Shown here piece after piece: positions 21,922 through 31,558 of a stretch of DNA of 64,000 nucleotides. A program made the translations under genes and the position numbers. How positions within the stretch are numbered: position 1 is the first letter of the stretch; every line of letters starts with the position of its first letter. The stretch is from an uncultured Chloroflexia bacterium (GTDB lineage Bacteria > Chloroflexota > Anaerolineae > CG2-30-64-16), in assembly GCA_963810095.1 (NCBI GenBank), contig CAWEMM010000012.1:96001-160000 (forward strand), read 5' to 3'. Below the pieces are notes generated by a model, which was not told where the DNA came from, did no database searches, and saw only the letters and a list, made by a program, of their open reading frames with translations.

Positions 21922-22659
21922 TCACGTCCCGATGACGATGCCTCCGTCCACTCGCAGCACTGCGCCGGAGATGAAGCTGGCCTCGTCGGAGGCGAGGAAC
22001 GCGTAGGCATTCGCGATGTCAATCGGCTGGCCCAGGCGGGCCAGGGGCGTGCGGGCCTTCATGCCGTCCAGCACCTTCTCTGGCATCTTGGCCGTCATAT
22101 CGGTCAGGACGAAACCGGGCGCAATCGCGTTGACCCGGATGTTGTAGCGCCCGAGTTCGCGCGCCCACACCTTCGTCATGCCGATAACCCCGGCTTTGCT
22201 CGCCACGTAGTTGGTCTGCCCGAAATTGCCGTCCAGCCCGACCACGGAAGAGGCATTGAGGATGACCCCGCCGCCGGCCTGGATCATAATCGGCGTGACC
22301 GCCTGTGTGCAGTTGAACACACCCTTGAGGTTGATGTTCATTACCAGGTCGAAATCGGCCTCCGACATCTGCCTGACGAGATATCCGTCCTGCATCTTCA
22401 CGAGATGCCCGTCGCGGGTGATCCCCGCGTTGTTGACCAGCACGTCGATGCGGCCGTACTTCGCCTTCACGTCGTCGACCCACGCCTGCACGGCCTGGCG
22501 GTCGGTCACGTCGACCTTGTACTGGCCCGGCTCGTCCGGGTTGGCCTCCACATCGCAGATCGCGACCCGCGCGCCCTCGGCGGCAAACTTCTCGGCCGTC
22601 GCCTTGCCGATGCCCGCCGCGCCCCCGGTGACCAACACCACCTTATTCTCGAACCGCAT
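21922..22659 (-). CDS. fabG: 3-oxoacyl-ACP/acetoacetyl-CoA reductase (SDR)
   Basis: TGGAAGIG, NNAGITRD, GNFGQTNYVASKAG, VDGG. Confidence 0.85.
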   Translation of the reverse strand: MRFENKVVLVTGGAAGIGKATAEKFAAEGARVAICDVEANPDEPGQYKVDVTDRQAVQAWVDDVKAKYGRIDVLVNNAGITRDGHLVKMQDGYLVRQMSEADFDLVMNINLKGVFNCTQAVTPIMIQAGGGVILNASSVVGLDGNFGQTNYVASKAGVIGMTKVWARELGRYNIRVNAIAPGFVLTDMTAKMPEKVLDGMKARTPLARLGQPIDIANAYAFLASDEASFISGAVLRVDGGIVIGT

Positions 22660-22689
22660 GATTCACTCCCTCTGGAAGAAAACGAGGTG

Positions 22690-22777
22690 GCCACGAATTT
22701 CACGAATTCGACGAATTTGACGGGTTGAACAGACAACGGCAATCCAAGCAATTCGTTCAATTCGTGTAATTCGTGGC
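22690..22777. repeat. 9-nt-periodic palindromic element (CGAAT/ATTCG type)
   Basis: gccacgaatttcacgaatt...aattcgtggc; ACGAAT at 22693/702/711; ATTCG at 22751/60/69. Confidence 0.85.
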
Positions 22778-22785
22778 AGCTTCGT

Positions 22786-23202
22786 CTATTCCGCTTTGAA
22801 CGCGAGGTAATTTTGCTCGCCCCGCCGCACGAAGTCTACGACGACGGGGAGGCCGATCTGAATCCCCTCCGGGTGCTTCGGGTCCACGCCCAGAATCTGG
22901 CCGCTGATCTTCACGCCCTCGTCGAGCTCCACGATACCGGACACATAGGGATTCTCTTTGCCGTAGCCCGCATTGATCATGGGCGTCGGGCCGACGTAGA
23001 TGACGGTGAACGCGGCGAGCTTCCCTCTGCCCGCCAGCTCGACCCATTCCATCCGCTCGCCGAAACAATGCGGACAAATCGCGCGCGGCGGGAGGTGGAG
23101 CCGGCCGCACTCGCTGCAGCGCGATCCCATCAGCTTCTGCTCGTCGAGGAACTGGTTGAACGAAGCGACGGTGAACGGTCTCACAGGTGACGGAGCGGAC
23201 AT
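22786..23202 (-). CDS. DUF35 Zn-ribbon/OB-fold protein
   Basis: GSRCSECGRLHLPPRAICPHC; directly downstream of the thiolase. Confidence 0.9.
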   Translation of the reverse strand: MSAPSPVRPFTVASFNQFLDEQKLMGSRCSECGRLHLPPRAICPHCFGERMEWVELAGRGKLAAFTVIYVGPTPMINAGYGKENPYVSGIVELDEGVKISGQILGVDPKHPEGIQIGLPVVVDFVRRGEQNYLAFKAE

Positions 23203-23204
23203 GG

Positions 23205-24476
23205 CTACCTCCTCTCGAAGAGATGCACGACGCACGTGGAGCCCGTCGCGCCGACATTGTGCGTCAGGCCGACAGACACGTCGCCCGGCACCTGCCGCGG
23301 CCCGGCCTCGCAGCGCATCTGCTTGAACATCTCGATGGCCTGCCCGACACCCGAGGCCCCGACCGGGTGGCCCTTCGACTTGAGCCCGCCGGAAGTGTTG
23401 ATCGGGTGGGCGCCGGTGCGCGCTGTCACCCCGTCCACCGCCGCCTTGTAGCCCTCGCCGGGAGCGAAGAACCCCAGGTCCTCGGTGGCGATCACCTCGG
23501 CAATCGTAAAGCAGTCGTGTACTTCGGCCAGCCGCACGTCGTGATTGTCCATGCCTGCCATCTCGTACGCTTGCTTTGCCGCCAATTGCGCGGCAGGGAT
23601 TTGGGTGAGGTCCTCCCGGTCGTGGAGCGGCACGCCCGACGCTTGCCCCGCGCCGATCACATAGATGGGTTTGTCGGTGAAGTCCTTCGCCCGCTCCTCG
23701 GCGACCAGTAGCACGCACGCGGCACCGTCCGTGATGGGCGAGCAGTCGAACAGGCGCAGCGGCCATGCGATCATCGGGTTCGCCCCGTCGTCATGCAGGA
23801 AGTCCATTTCCGTCTGCCACGTGGGGACCGGCCTGCCCTTCTTCGCAGCCGCATCCTTGCGGCCCTGCATCCACGCCGGGATGGTGCCGAACTGGGCCTT
23901 GGGGTTCAAGCCGCCGTTCTCGTGGTTCTTGATGGCCACCTGCATCAAGTCTTCCGCGGTCATGCCGTAGCGCGCCATGTAGGCGGTCGCCATGGCTGCG
24001 TAGAAGCCGGGAAAGGTGAAGCCCGCGGGGATTTCGTACTGGGCGTCGGCGGCGGCCCCGAGCGTGTCGGTGACCTCGGCCGTGGGCAGCTTGGTCATGC
24101 GCTCGACGCCGCCGACCAGCACGACGTCGGCCATGCCCGACGCGATGGCCATCACACCCTGGCGCAGCGCCACGCCGCCCGAGGCACACGCATCCTCCAC
24201 CCGCACGGCGGGCCGCGGCACGAGGCCCACGGCATCGGCCATGATGGGCGCGACATGAGCCTGGCGCTCGAAGAGGTCGCTCGAGAAGTTGCCGATATAG
24301 ATTGTTTCGATTTGTGCCGGGTCGAATCCGTTGTCCACCGAGGCGCGCAACTCCTTGAACGCCTCGACAAACAGGTCACGGCTGGTCTTGTCGGGAAATG
24401 CGCCGAACTTGCTCATCCCCGCGCCCACCATCGCCACGCCCCGGCCTAATTTGCGGGTTGCCATAGGCAGTGCCAT
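23205..24476 (-). CDS. Thiolase (archaeal/SCP2-like)
   Basis: EDACASGG catalytic Cys, DCSPITDGAA, EVHDCF, GHPVGASG. Confidence 0.92.
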   Translation of the reverse strand: MALPMATRKLGRGVAMVGAGMSKFGAFPDKTSRDLFVEAFKELRASVDNGFDPAQIETIYIGNFSSDLFERQAHVAPIMADAVGLVPRPAVRVEDACASGGVALRQGVMAIASGMADVVLVGGVERMTKLPTAEVTDTLGAAADAQYEIPAGFTFPGFYAAMATAYMARYGMTAEDLMQVAIKNHENGGLNPKAQFGTIPAWMQGRKDAAAKKGRPVPTWQTEMDFLHDDGANPMIAWPLRLFDCSPITDGAACVLLVAEERAKDFTDKPIYVIGAGQASGVPLHDREDLTQIPAAQLAAKQAYEMAGMDNHDVRLAEVHDCFTIAEVIATEDLGFFAPGEGYKAAVDGVTARTGAHPINTSGGLKSKGHPVGASGVGQAIEMFKQMRCEAGPRQVPGDVSVGLTHNVGATGSTCVVHLFERR

Positions 24477-24550
24477 CCGTTCCTCCTTGAACAGCTTTCG
24501 CCTTCGAAATACTACCAGCCCGACGTTACGCGCCAGTTACAGGCGGAGCA

Positions 24551-24639
24551 GGACGCAGACCCAACAGATCGAACTGATTCAAGTAGCGTCTGATTAAGAT
24601 CGTGTGAATCAGTCTGATCTGTTCACCCTGTGTCCCATT
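24551..24639. repeat. 9-nt-periodic palindromic element (CAGAT/ATCTG type)
   Basis: ggacgcagac-ccaacagat-cgaactgat ... atcag-tctgatctg-ttcaccctgtgtcc(catt); abuts the stop codon at 24642. Confidence 0.8.
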
Positions 24640-24641
24640 CT

Positions 24642-25691
24642 CTATGGCACGAGCACGACCTTCCCGAACTGCTCGCCCTTTTCCAGGTACTCGTGCGCGG
24701 CCCGGCCTTCGCTCAGGGGAAAGACCTTGTCGACGACCGGCGCGAGCTTGCGCTGCCAGATCAGGTCCATCACGTTGCGGAAGTCGTCGTGGCTGCCCAT
24801 GGTGCTGCCGAGAATGCTGATCTGCTTGCGGAACACAAGCCGCAGGTCCATCTCCACCACGGGGCCGCCGGTCCCGCCGACGGTGACGAGCCGGCCCCCG
24901 CGGGCCAGGGCCCGGATGCTCTGCGTCCAGGTCGGCGCGCCCACGTTGTCGACGACGACGTCGACCCCGCGCTTGCCCGTCGCGAGGAACACCGCCTTCG
25001 ACCAATCTTCGGCCTTGTAGTTGATCGTCACGTCCGCGCCGAGGGAGTGTGCGCGGGCCATCTTCTCGGGCGTCGACGTGATCGCGTAGACGGTGGCGCC
25101 CAGGTGCTTGGCGATTTGGATCGCCGCGCTGTTGACGCCCCCGCCCGCACCGACGATGGCAACCGTTTCGCCGGGCTTGAGCTGCGCTCGCTTGACCAGC
25201 ATGCGCCAGGCGGTCAGGTAGACGAGCAGCGGCGCCGCCGCCGCCACGAAGTCAAAGTCGTCGGGCATGGGCAGCAGGTTGACCGCCGGCACGACCAGCA
25301 GCTCGGCACAGCCGCCCCAACCGTCTTCGCCGAGGATGTGATAGTAGGGGCTGAGGCTGTCCTCGCCCCGCCGCGTCCACTCGTCTTGGCCGGCGGCTCC
25401 GCCAGGGCCGGTCATCACCCCCGGGTCGACCACAACCCGCGTGCCCTCGGCGGGGCCGGTGGCGCCCTCGCCGTAGCCGAGCACGATGCCGGCGACGTCT
25501 GCCCCGCCCACGTGCGGCTTCGGCAGCTTGTCGAACGCGGGGCCGCCCCGGCGGACCCACAGGTCGACATGGTTCAAGGCGACTGCTTTCACCTGGACGA
25601 GGGCCTGGCCCGGCCCGGGTCTGACGTCGTCGAGGTCGCCATACTGCATCACTTCGGGACCGCCATGGTGCGTGAAGTACAGTGCTTTCAT
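24642..25691 (-). CDS. MDR-superfamily oxidoreductase (quinone/enoyl reductase-like)
   Basis: MKALYFTHHGGPEV, ALNHVDLW, GAGGGV, GVDVVVDNVG, GKVVL. Confidence 0.88.
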   Translation of the reverse strand: MKALYFTHHGGPEVMQYGDLDDVRPGPGQALVQVKAVALNHVDLWVRRGGPAFDKLPKPHVGGADVAGIVLGYGEGATGPAEGTRVVVDPGVMTGPGGAAGQDEWTRRGEDSLSPYYHILGEDGWGGCAELLVVPAVNLLPMPDDFDFVAAAAPLLVYLTAWRMLVKRAQLKPGETVAIVGAGGGVNSAAIQIAKHLGATVYAITSTPEKMARAHSLGADVTINYKAEDWSKAVFLATGKRGVDVVVDNVGAPTWTQSIRALARGGRLVTVGGTGGPVVEMDLRLVFRKQISILGSTMGSHDDFRNVMDLIWQRKLAPVVDKVFPLSEGRAAHEYLEKGEQFGKVVLVP

Positions 25692-25758
25692 CGGCATCCT
25701 TTCGGCACGGCTCGATACGCGTTTGTGTGAAGTATAACACGCCGGACGCGGGGCAAGA

Positions 25759-26950
25759 TCACATCCTGGCAAGCACTTCTCGCAGGATGACGACCTCTTC
25801 GTCCGTCGGCACCACCCAGATCTCGGTCCGCGAGCCATCGGCGTTGACCTTCGTGGCCCGATCGAGGGGCGCGTTTCGATTGGCCACAGGATCGAGCAGG
25901 ACGCCCAGGTTCGCCACGCCGGCGCACACCTTCTCACGCAGTTCCCAGGATTTCAAACCGACGTCGTCCGTAAAGACGATGGCATCCGGGCCGTCAAGCA
26001 GCCAGGTGTACGCGCCGAGATAGGTTCTGAGGCGGTGCGCGTAAACGTCGTAGGCAAGCGCACAGCGCGCATTGCCCTTCTCGGCCTCCCGGATGATCTC
26101 CTGCAGGTTAGAGGAGAAGCCCGAGAGGCCGATGAGGCCGGACTGGTTGTTAAGGATGGCGCTCACCTCGTCGGGCGAGTGGCCCGCGCGCACCAGTTCC
26201 AGCACCACCTCGGCGTCGATGTCGCCGCAGCGGGTGGACATGACCAGGCCCGGCAGCGGCGAAAAGCCCATCGAAGTATCGAGCGACCGGCCCTCCTTCA
26301 CGGCCACTACGCTGGACCCACCCGTGCCCAGGTGGCACAGGATCAGCTTGAGGGCGTCCAGGGGCCGGCCCATCAGCTCGGCAACGCGGGCCGACACGTA
26401 CTGGTAGGACAGCCCGTGGAAACCGTACTTGCGGAACCCATACTGTTCGGCGAGGTCACGCGGGATCGCATAGGTTCGTGCCTCGGGGGGCATGCGCCGA
26501 GTGGAAGGACGTGTCGAAGACGGCATACTGCGGCACGTCGGGCAACAGGTCGCGGCAGACCTCGATCACGCTTAAGGAATTCGGGTTGTGAATCGGTGCA
26601 AAATGGAGGCACCGCCGCAGCTTTGCCAGGGCGGCCGGATCGATCCGGGCGGTCTGCGTGAAGAGGTCGCCGCCGTGAACAAAGCGATGCCCGACCGCGT
26701 CGACCCGGACATGGTGCCCCTCGAGAAGCGCCAGGATCTCGCGCGCGGCCAGGGCGTGCAACGAGAGGTCGGCCGCACGCGATCCTGCTTCGCCCCGGAT
26801 GTGCCACTCGACGACGGACGCCGCCTGCGTCTTCGTCGCGACGTTTCTCGCCTTGCCCCAGGCAACGGCGACGGGAGTGCCGTCGGGCGAAATACGATAC
26901 ACCTTGAAGCCCTGTGATGAGCTGCCGCAATTGAAAATGAGGATGTCCAA
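25759..26950 (-). CDS. ackA: Acetate/propionate kinase (frameshift near 26495)
   Basis: ILIFNCGSSS, GHRFVHGG, APIHN, AVFDTSFH, RKYGFHGLSY, DTSMGFSPL, PTDEE. Confidence 0.88.
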
Positions 26951-27038
26951 GCCGTCTCTCCAGCCCGTGGTGTTGGATCGTGGGGAGAGGATAGCACTTT
27001 CGAGGTTACGGCCCAAGCGGCGAAGGAGCACGCGCAAG

Positions 27039-27074
27039 AAAAGGCCCCCGGCTTCGTCGTGAAGCCAGGGGCCG
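27039..27074 (-). terminator. Rho-independent terminator after the ECF sigma gene
   Basis: ggcccccggcttc-gtcgt-gaagccaggggcc stem next to an A-run (U-tract on the minus strand). Confidence 0.75.
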
Positions 27075-27095
27075 CAATTGTTCGCTTGCAGGCCC

Positions 27096-27728
27096 TTACG
27101 ACACTGCCACCCGCTGGGCCTCGCCTGCGTGGAACTCCTGCCGCTGCACGGCCGCCTGTGGCACGATGCCGTTCTTGGTCAACGCGTCGCGCATCTTCGC
27201 GCGCGCCCGGCTGAGCCGTGACTTAACCGTGCCCAGGTTCGAGCCGGTGACCGCGGCCGCCTCGTGATACGCCAGGCCTTCGACATCGCAGAGCAGGAGC
27301 ACTTGCTGCTGCTCCTTGGGCAGCTTGCGAATCTCCGCCATCATCATGCGCATCAGCTCGCTCGACTCCGCACGGTCGTGGGGGGTCGGCTTGGCGTCAA
27401 TCAGGCGATAGTCGTGCTCGGGCAGAATGTCATCACCGTCGAGCAGCTTCGCCCGCCGGCGCCGGTCCCCGCGCATCCGGTCATAACACGTGTTGATGAC
27501 CACCCGGAACAGCCACGCCTTGAACGAGCCGCCCCGGAACTGATGAATACGATTGTAGATTTTGATGAAGCTGTCCTGCATCGCGTCCGACGCGCTGTCT
27601 GAGTCGCCGAGAATGCGGTATGCGATGCTGTAGGCCTGCTGCTGATAGGCCGAAATCAAGGCGTTGAAAGCCGAAAGCTCTCCACACTGGGCCGCCTCGA
27701 CCAATGCGTTCTCATCCTGCTGCGTCAT
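27096..27728 (-). CDS. ECF sigma-70 factor
   Basis: Region 2 DAMQDSFIK..FKAWLFRVVIN; region 4 GLAYHEAA..GTVKSRLSRAR. Confidence 0.92.
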   Translation of the reverse strand: MTQQDENALVEAAQCGELSAFNALISAYQQQAYSIAYRILGDSDSASDAMQDSFIKIYNRIHQFRGGSFKAWLFRVVINTCYDRMRGDRRRRAKLLDGDDILPEHDYRLIDAKPTPHDRAESSELMRMMMAEIRKLPKEQQQVLLLCDVEGLAYHEAAAVTGSNLGTVKSRLSRARAKMRDALTKNGIVPQAAVQRQEFHAGEAQRVAVS

Positions 27729-27759
27729 CTCACTTCCTCCCACTCATTCTCTACTCAAA

Positions 27760-28983
27760 TCACCTGGCGGAACCGGCGCCGATCTTCGCCAATATTCGTC
27801 GCTTCACCTGTCCGTCATACACTTGCCACTTCAGGTCCCTATACTCGTCGGTGCCGTTCCCCGCCAGAAACCCAATTGGAACCTCAAACCCCCCCGCCAA
27901 CGCCTTGCCACCGCCAATGTATCGTCCTGCCGCATCTTTGCCGAAGACCGACTTGATAAACTCGTCGGGGTCCAGCGTCAGCTTGGTCGTGCGGAGCGAA
28001 CCCACCAGGCGCTCGGCCGACGCATCATCCCCCTGGATAATGCCGTACACGATCGCCGTGTGGATATTCTCTTCGGTCAGCAGAAAATCGGCTGCCTGGG
28101 GAATCGCATCGCGGTCTTCGAGCCGGATATAACCGATCCCGCTGAGCGAGTAATTGTCGACGATCACCCGGTTCCCCAAGGCCCGCTGGATCGTTTCCAT
28201 GGCCTGCTTCGAACGGGCCTGGCTCATGATTTGCTCGAGCAAGTCGGCATCCCGGTAGCGGCTCAAAAATGCGGCCGCCGTAAAGTCGTCGGGGCCGGCT
28301 CGCAGCAGGCCGTGGGTGTCGGTCAGCAGGCCGTGCATCAGGGCTGTCGCCGCAAGCACGTGCTCCCTGCGGGCCTTGTCCATCGGCAGCAAGCCCTGGG
28401 CCAGATACTCGGCATATAGGGTCGCCGTCGCGCCCACCCGGCGAATGTCGCTGAACTGCGGTTGGACCCTCTCTTGCAGTTCATGATGGTCGATCACGGC
28501 AAGGGCCGGCACGCCCGCCTTTTCCAGCGCTTCCACCAGCCGCATCGCGGTTGTGCCCTGGTTATCCACGAACACTGCCGCCTGATACTTGCGCAGGTCG
28601 CTCGCCGGGTTCCACCGGGCCACATTCATCCCAATGAGCCGAACCAGGGCCACGTTCTGCACATGGCTGATTTGCTCTCCGTATACGACGTCCGCCTGGA
28701 TCTCGTGCGCCGCGCTGATGAGTTGGTGTGCGTACGCCGACGCCAGCGCGTCCGGGTCCGGAAAGTCCTGCAGGACGATGATGTGACGCTCGCCCCGATG
28801 CGCCGCCAACATCTCGCCCAGCCCCTGTGCCACGGTCATGATGGTGTGCACCCCGTGCGCCCGCACCCCGTGCGAGCGCACCAAAGGGGTGTGCTCGCCC
28901 TCTGCGGCCAGCGCCTCCGGCGGCACGTCCTGCGCACCTGCTTGCGTGTCCACTACCGGCTTGTTCGGGTCTTGAGCTGGCAT
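27760..28983 (-). CDS. DHH-family phosphoesterase (NrnA-like)
   Basis: QDFPDPDALAS, FVDNQ, IDHH, GATAT, LTDT, GGGK..AGG. Confidence 0.88.
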   Translation of the reverse strand: MPAQDPNKPVVDTQAGAQDVPPEALAAEGEHTPLVRSHGVRAHGVHTIMTVAQGLGEMLAAHRGERHIIVLQDFPDPDALASAYAHQLISAAHEIQADVVYGEQISHVQNVALVRLIGMNVARWNPASDLRKYQAAVFVDNQGTTAMRLVEALEKAGVPALAVIDHHELQERVQPQFSDIRRVGATATLYAEYLAQGLLPMDKARREHVLAATALMHGLLTDTHGLLRAGPDDFTAAAFLSRYRDADLLEQIMSQARSKQAMETIQRALGNRVIVDNYSLSGIGYIRLEDRDAIPQAADFLLTEENIHTAIVYGIIQGDDASAERLVGSLRTTKLTLDPDEFIKSVFGKDAAGRYIGGGKALAGGFEVPIGFLAGNGTDEYRDLKWQVYDGQVKRRILAKIGAGSAR

Positions 28984-29015
28984 TTCTATTCAGCCTTCGC
29001 TTGCGTTAGCGGGCC

Positions 29016-29174
29016 CTACTGGCGGAAAGCTGACTTGCGGGGCAGGCGTGTCTGCGGCAGCCTGGCCGGGACACGAACGGGCGCCGGCTTCGGGGCCTTC
29101 TGTTTGGACTTGCCCGTAAAGGCAACAAAGGTAAGCGCAAACGCCCAGGCCAGCAGCAATGCAACTATTTCCAT
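29016..29174 (-). CDS. Small membrane protein (52 aa, not in ORF track)
   Basis: MEIVALLLAWAFALTFVAFTG followed by a K/P/R-rich tail; GAGGTG RBS. Confidence 0.6.
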   Translation of the reverse strand: MEIVALLLAWAFALTFVAFTGKSKQKAPKPAPVRVPARLPQTRLPRKSAFRQ

Positions 29175-29349
29175 GCTACACCTCTATACTCCCACGTCAG
29201 CTCGATTTGCATCGGGCCCCCTTCGCACGCTGTGCCTGGCGGGACTCCGACAGTCACCACGGTAAGAGACGCCGTTTCGATTCAATTCGTTAAGGTGTCA
29301 CCCGAGACGCTTGTGCGTCTTGTTTGCCATATCAAACAGTGACGCCACA

Positions 29350-29416
29350 AGCTTACTTGATGCAAGCCTGTGGCGTCTTTAGCGTACACTTACGGGGAAC
29401 TTAAGAGGCCATTAAG
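29350..29416 (-). promoter_or_regulatory. 11-bp-phased TTAAG array plus -10 box
   Basis: Hexamers (+ strand) tttagc 29378, cttacg 29389, cttaag 29400, attaag 29411; TAAGCT on the minus strand 22 bp downstream. Confidence 0.7.
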
Positions 29417-29443
29417 ACGTTACCCTATTCTTAGCAGCGGCGC

Positions 29444-31310
29444 CTACGCCTCCCGGTCCTGCGACAGGATGACGACAGCGTAAGGCCCCAGGCTGATTTC
29501 ACCGTAGAATGGCAGCCCGTCATACTCGCCCTCTTTGGCCTCCACGTCGAACACGTCCTGAAGCCCGAAATCAGGGTCGTAACCCTGCCAGTCGCTGTTG
29601 AACCGCACCCGCCACCAGCCAGCGGCCGGGAAGCCGATTTTGTACATCCCGCGCTGGGTATTTGCGAAGCTGGCGGCCACAACCACGCTGTCTCCGGGTC
29701 CGCCGTCCTTCCACCGGTGGAATGCGATCACGTTCTCCGTGTTGTTGACGTGGTGCACCTCGACGTTATAGCCGGTCAGCCCCTCGGTGTTGTTCTGCCA
29801 GTTCCGGCGCAGCTTGAAGAGGTCCGTGTACATCTGGAGAATGCCCTTGTGGTCCTCGAAGCGCGACCAGTCCAGCGGGTCCTGCTCGTGGAACCAGCGG
29901 TCCTCCAGCATCTCCTGGCCCTGGAAAATCATCGGCACACCGGGTGAGGTCACCACCAGCGCGGCTCCCAGGGTCGAACGCTTCTTCGGGTACCAGCTCT
30001 CGGCTTCGCCGGGCGAAATCTCCTCAGGCACGCGGGCCTTCCCATTTGCGTCCTCGTCGTGTGACTCCGTAAAGATGATGCGATCGAAGACGTCGTCGCC
30101 CAGCACTGCCTGGATTGCGCCCGCGACGACGTGCATGTCGCGGTGCTCGTCGGCCATGCCCACGATGGCGCCCCGGACGATGCCGACGAATTGGGGGTCC
30201 CATTGCGCGCTCGAAGCCACCGCCGCCGGCGCCCAAGTCCTTGGTCAGCCAGCCGTCGCCCTTCAGGTCTTCCGCGATGGTGAACTTCCACGGCTGTCGC
30301 GCCTGGATCTCCTCGTTGATCCACCGCAGGAAGCCCCACCCCTCGGGCAGCTCGCCGCCCTTGTCGCTGCGCGGGTCATTCCCGTGCACGTGGCGTATGA
30401 AAGCCGTCGCGTCGAAGCGGAGGCCGTCACAGTGGTACTCTTCCAGCCACATCAGCGCATTGTCGCGGAAGTACTGGCGCACCTCGCCGCGGTTGTAGTC
30501 GGGCCGCGTCTCGCCCCACGGCGTCTCCGCGCGCCAATCGTTGTAGAAATAAATCCCGCCCTTGCCGTTCTCGCTCCAGCCGTCGAACTGCCAAAGCGCG
30601 TTGTCGTTCGGACCGACATGGTTATAAACCACGTCCAGCAGCACCGCGATCCCTCGCTTGTGCGCCTCGTTTACGAACTGCTTGAGCGCCTGCGGCCCGC
30701 CATACGCGCCCTCGACTGCAAACGGATGGCCCGGGTTGTACCCCCACGAGAAGTCGCCGGGGAACTCCGTGGGCGGCATGACCTCGATGGCGTTAATGCC
30801 CAGCCCCGCGAGATAGTCCAGCTTTTCGAGCGCGGTCAGGAAGGTGCCCGGCTTCCCCTTCTCCTTGACGTGGAAGGTGCCGACATGCATCTCGTAGATC
30901 GCCAGTTCGTTCCACGCCGGCATTTTGAAGTCGCCGTCTTCCCAATCGAACGCCGGATCGACGATGACGCTGTTGCCGACCGAACTGGTCAGCGCGCGTG
31001 CGTAGGGATCGAGCCGCCACAGCTCGTTCTTGCCATTCAGAAGCCAGTAACGGTATTCCTGCCCCGGCCGAGCGCCAGGGACATCAGTCGACCAGAACCC
31101 GTTCCCCTCGTTCGCCAGGGGATTGGCTTTCGACGACCACTCGTTGAAGTCGCCCACCACGGACACCTTGTTGGCGTTAGGCGCCCAAACCCGAAACGAG
31201 ACGCAATCGTCATGGACGATCGCCCCCATGCCCGGCACGCTCGCGGGGTGCGTCGACTTCGCGGACGCCGCCCGAGACGGCGCCTGATCCTTCTTCCTCG
31301 TTGCTGCCAT
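29444..31310 (-). CDS. GH13 enzyme with CBM48 (glucan branching enzyme/TreZ-like; frameshift near 30215)
   Basis: FRVWAPNA, YEMHVGTF, SWGYNP, LDVVYNH, DGLRFD, TIAED, TESHDE, MIFQGQE. Confidence 0.88.
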
Positions 31311-31421
31311 GCCTTCCTCACACAACTTCAAAACATGCGGCGAATAATGCGGCGGGGCCTCCTGCCGCCTCCCGGGTGGGCGCGCACCCGCGAGGCGACC
31401 ACAGGCAACCCCTGGTCCGAG

Positions 31422-31513
31422 ATAGGACACCGATGCAACTGATTGAACTAATCGCACTGTCCTTCCGGAAAAGATCATGACAATCAGTCGAATCCGTTCA
31501 GTCCGTGTCCTAT
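31422..31513. repeat. 9-nt-periodic palindromic element (CTGAT/ATCAG type)
   Basis: Termini ataggacac...gtgtcctat; units at 31430/39/48/57 and 31474/83/92/501. Confidence 0.8.
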
Positions 31514-31558
31514 TGCAGCCCTCGTTGTCCAACAGCGCGTGGCGAGGGCCCAAGTACA

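Noticed and set aside
21833-22777. Canonical integron attC sites
   Set aside because: No RYYYAAC/GTTRRRY core and no integrase in the window; kept only as an analogy.
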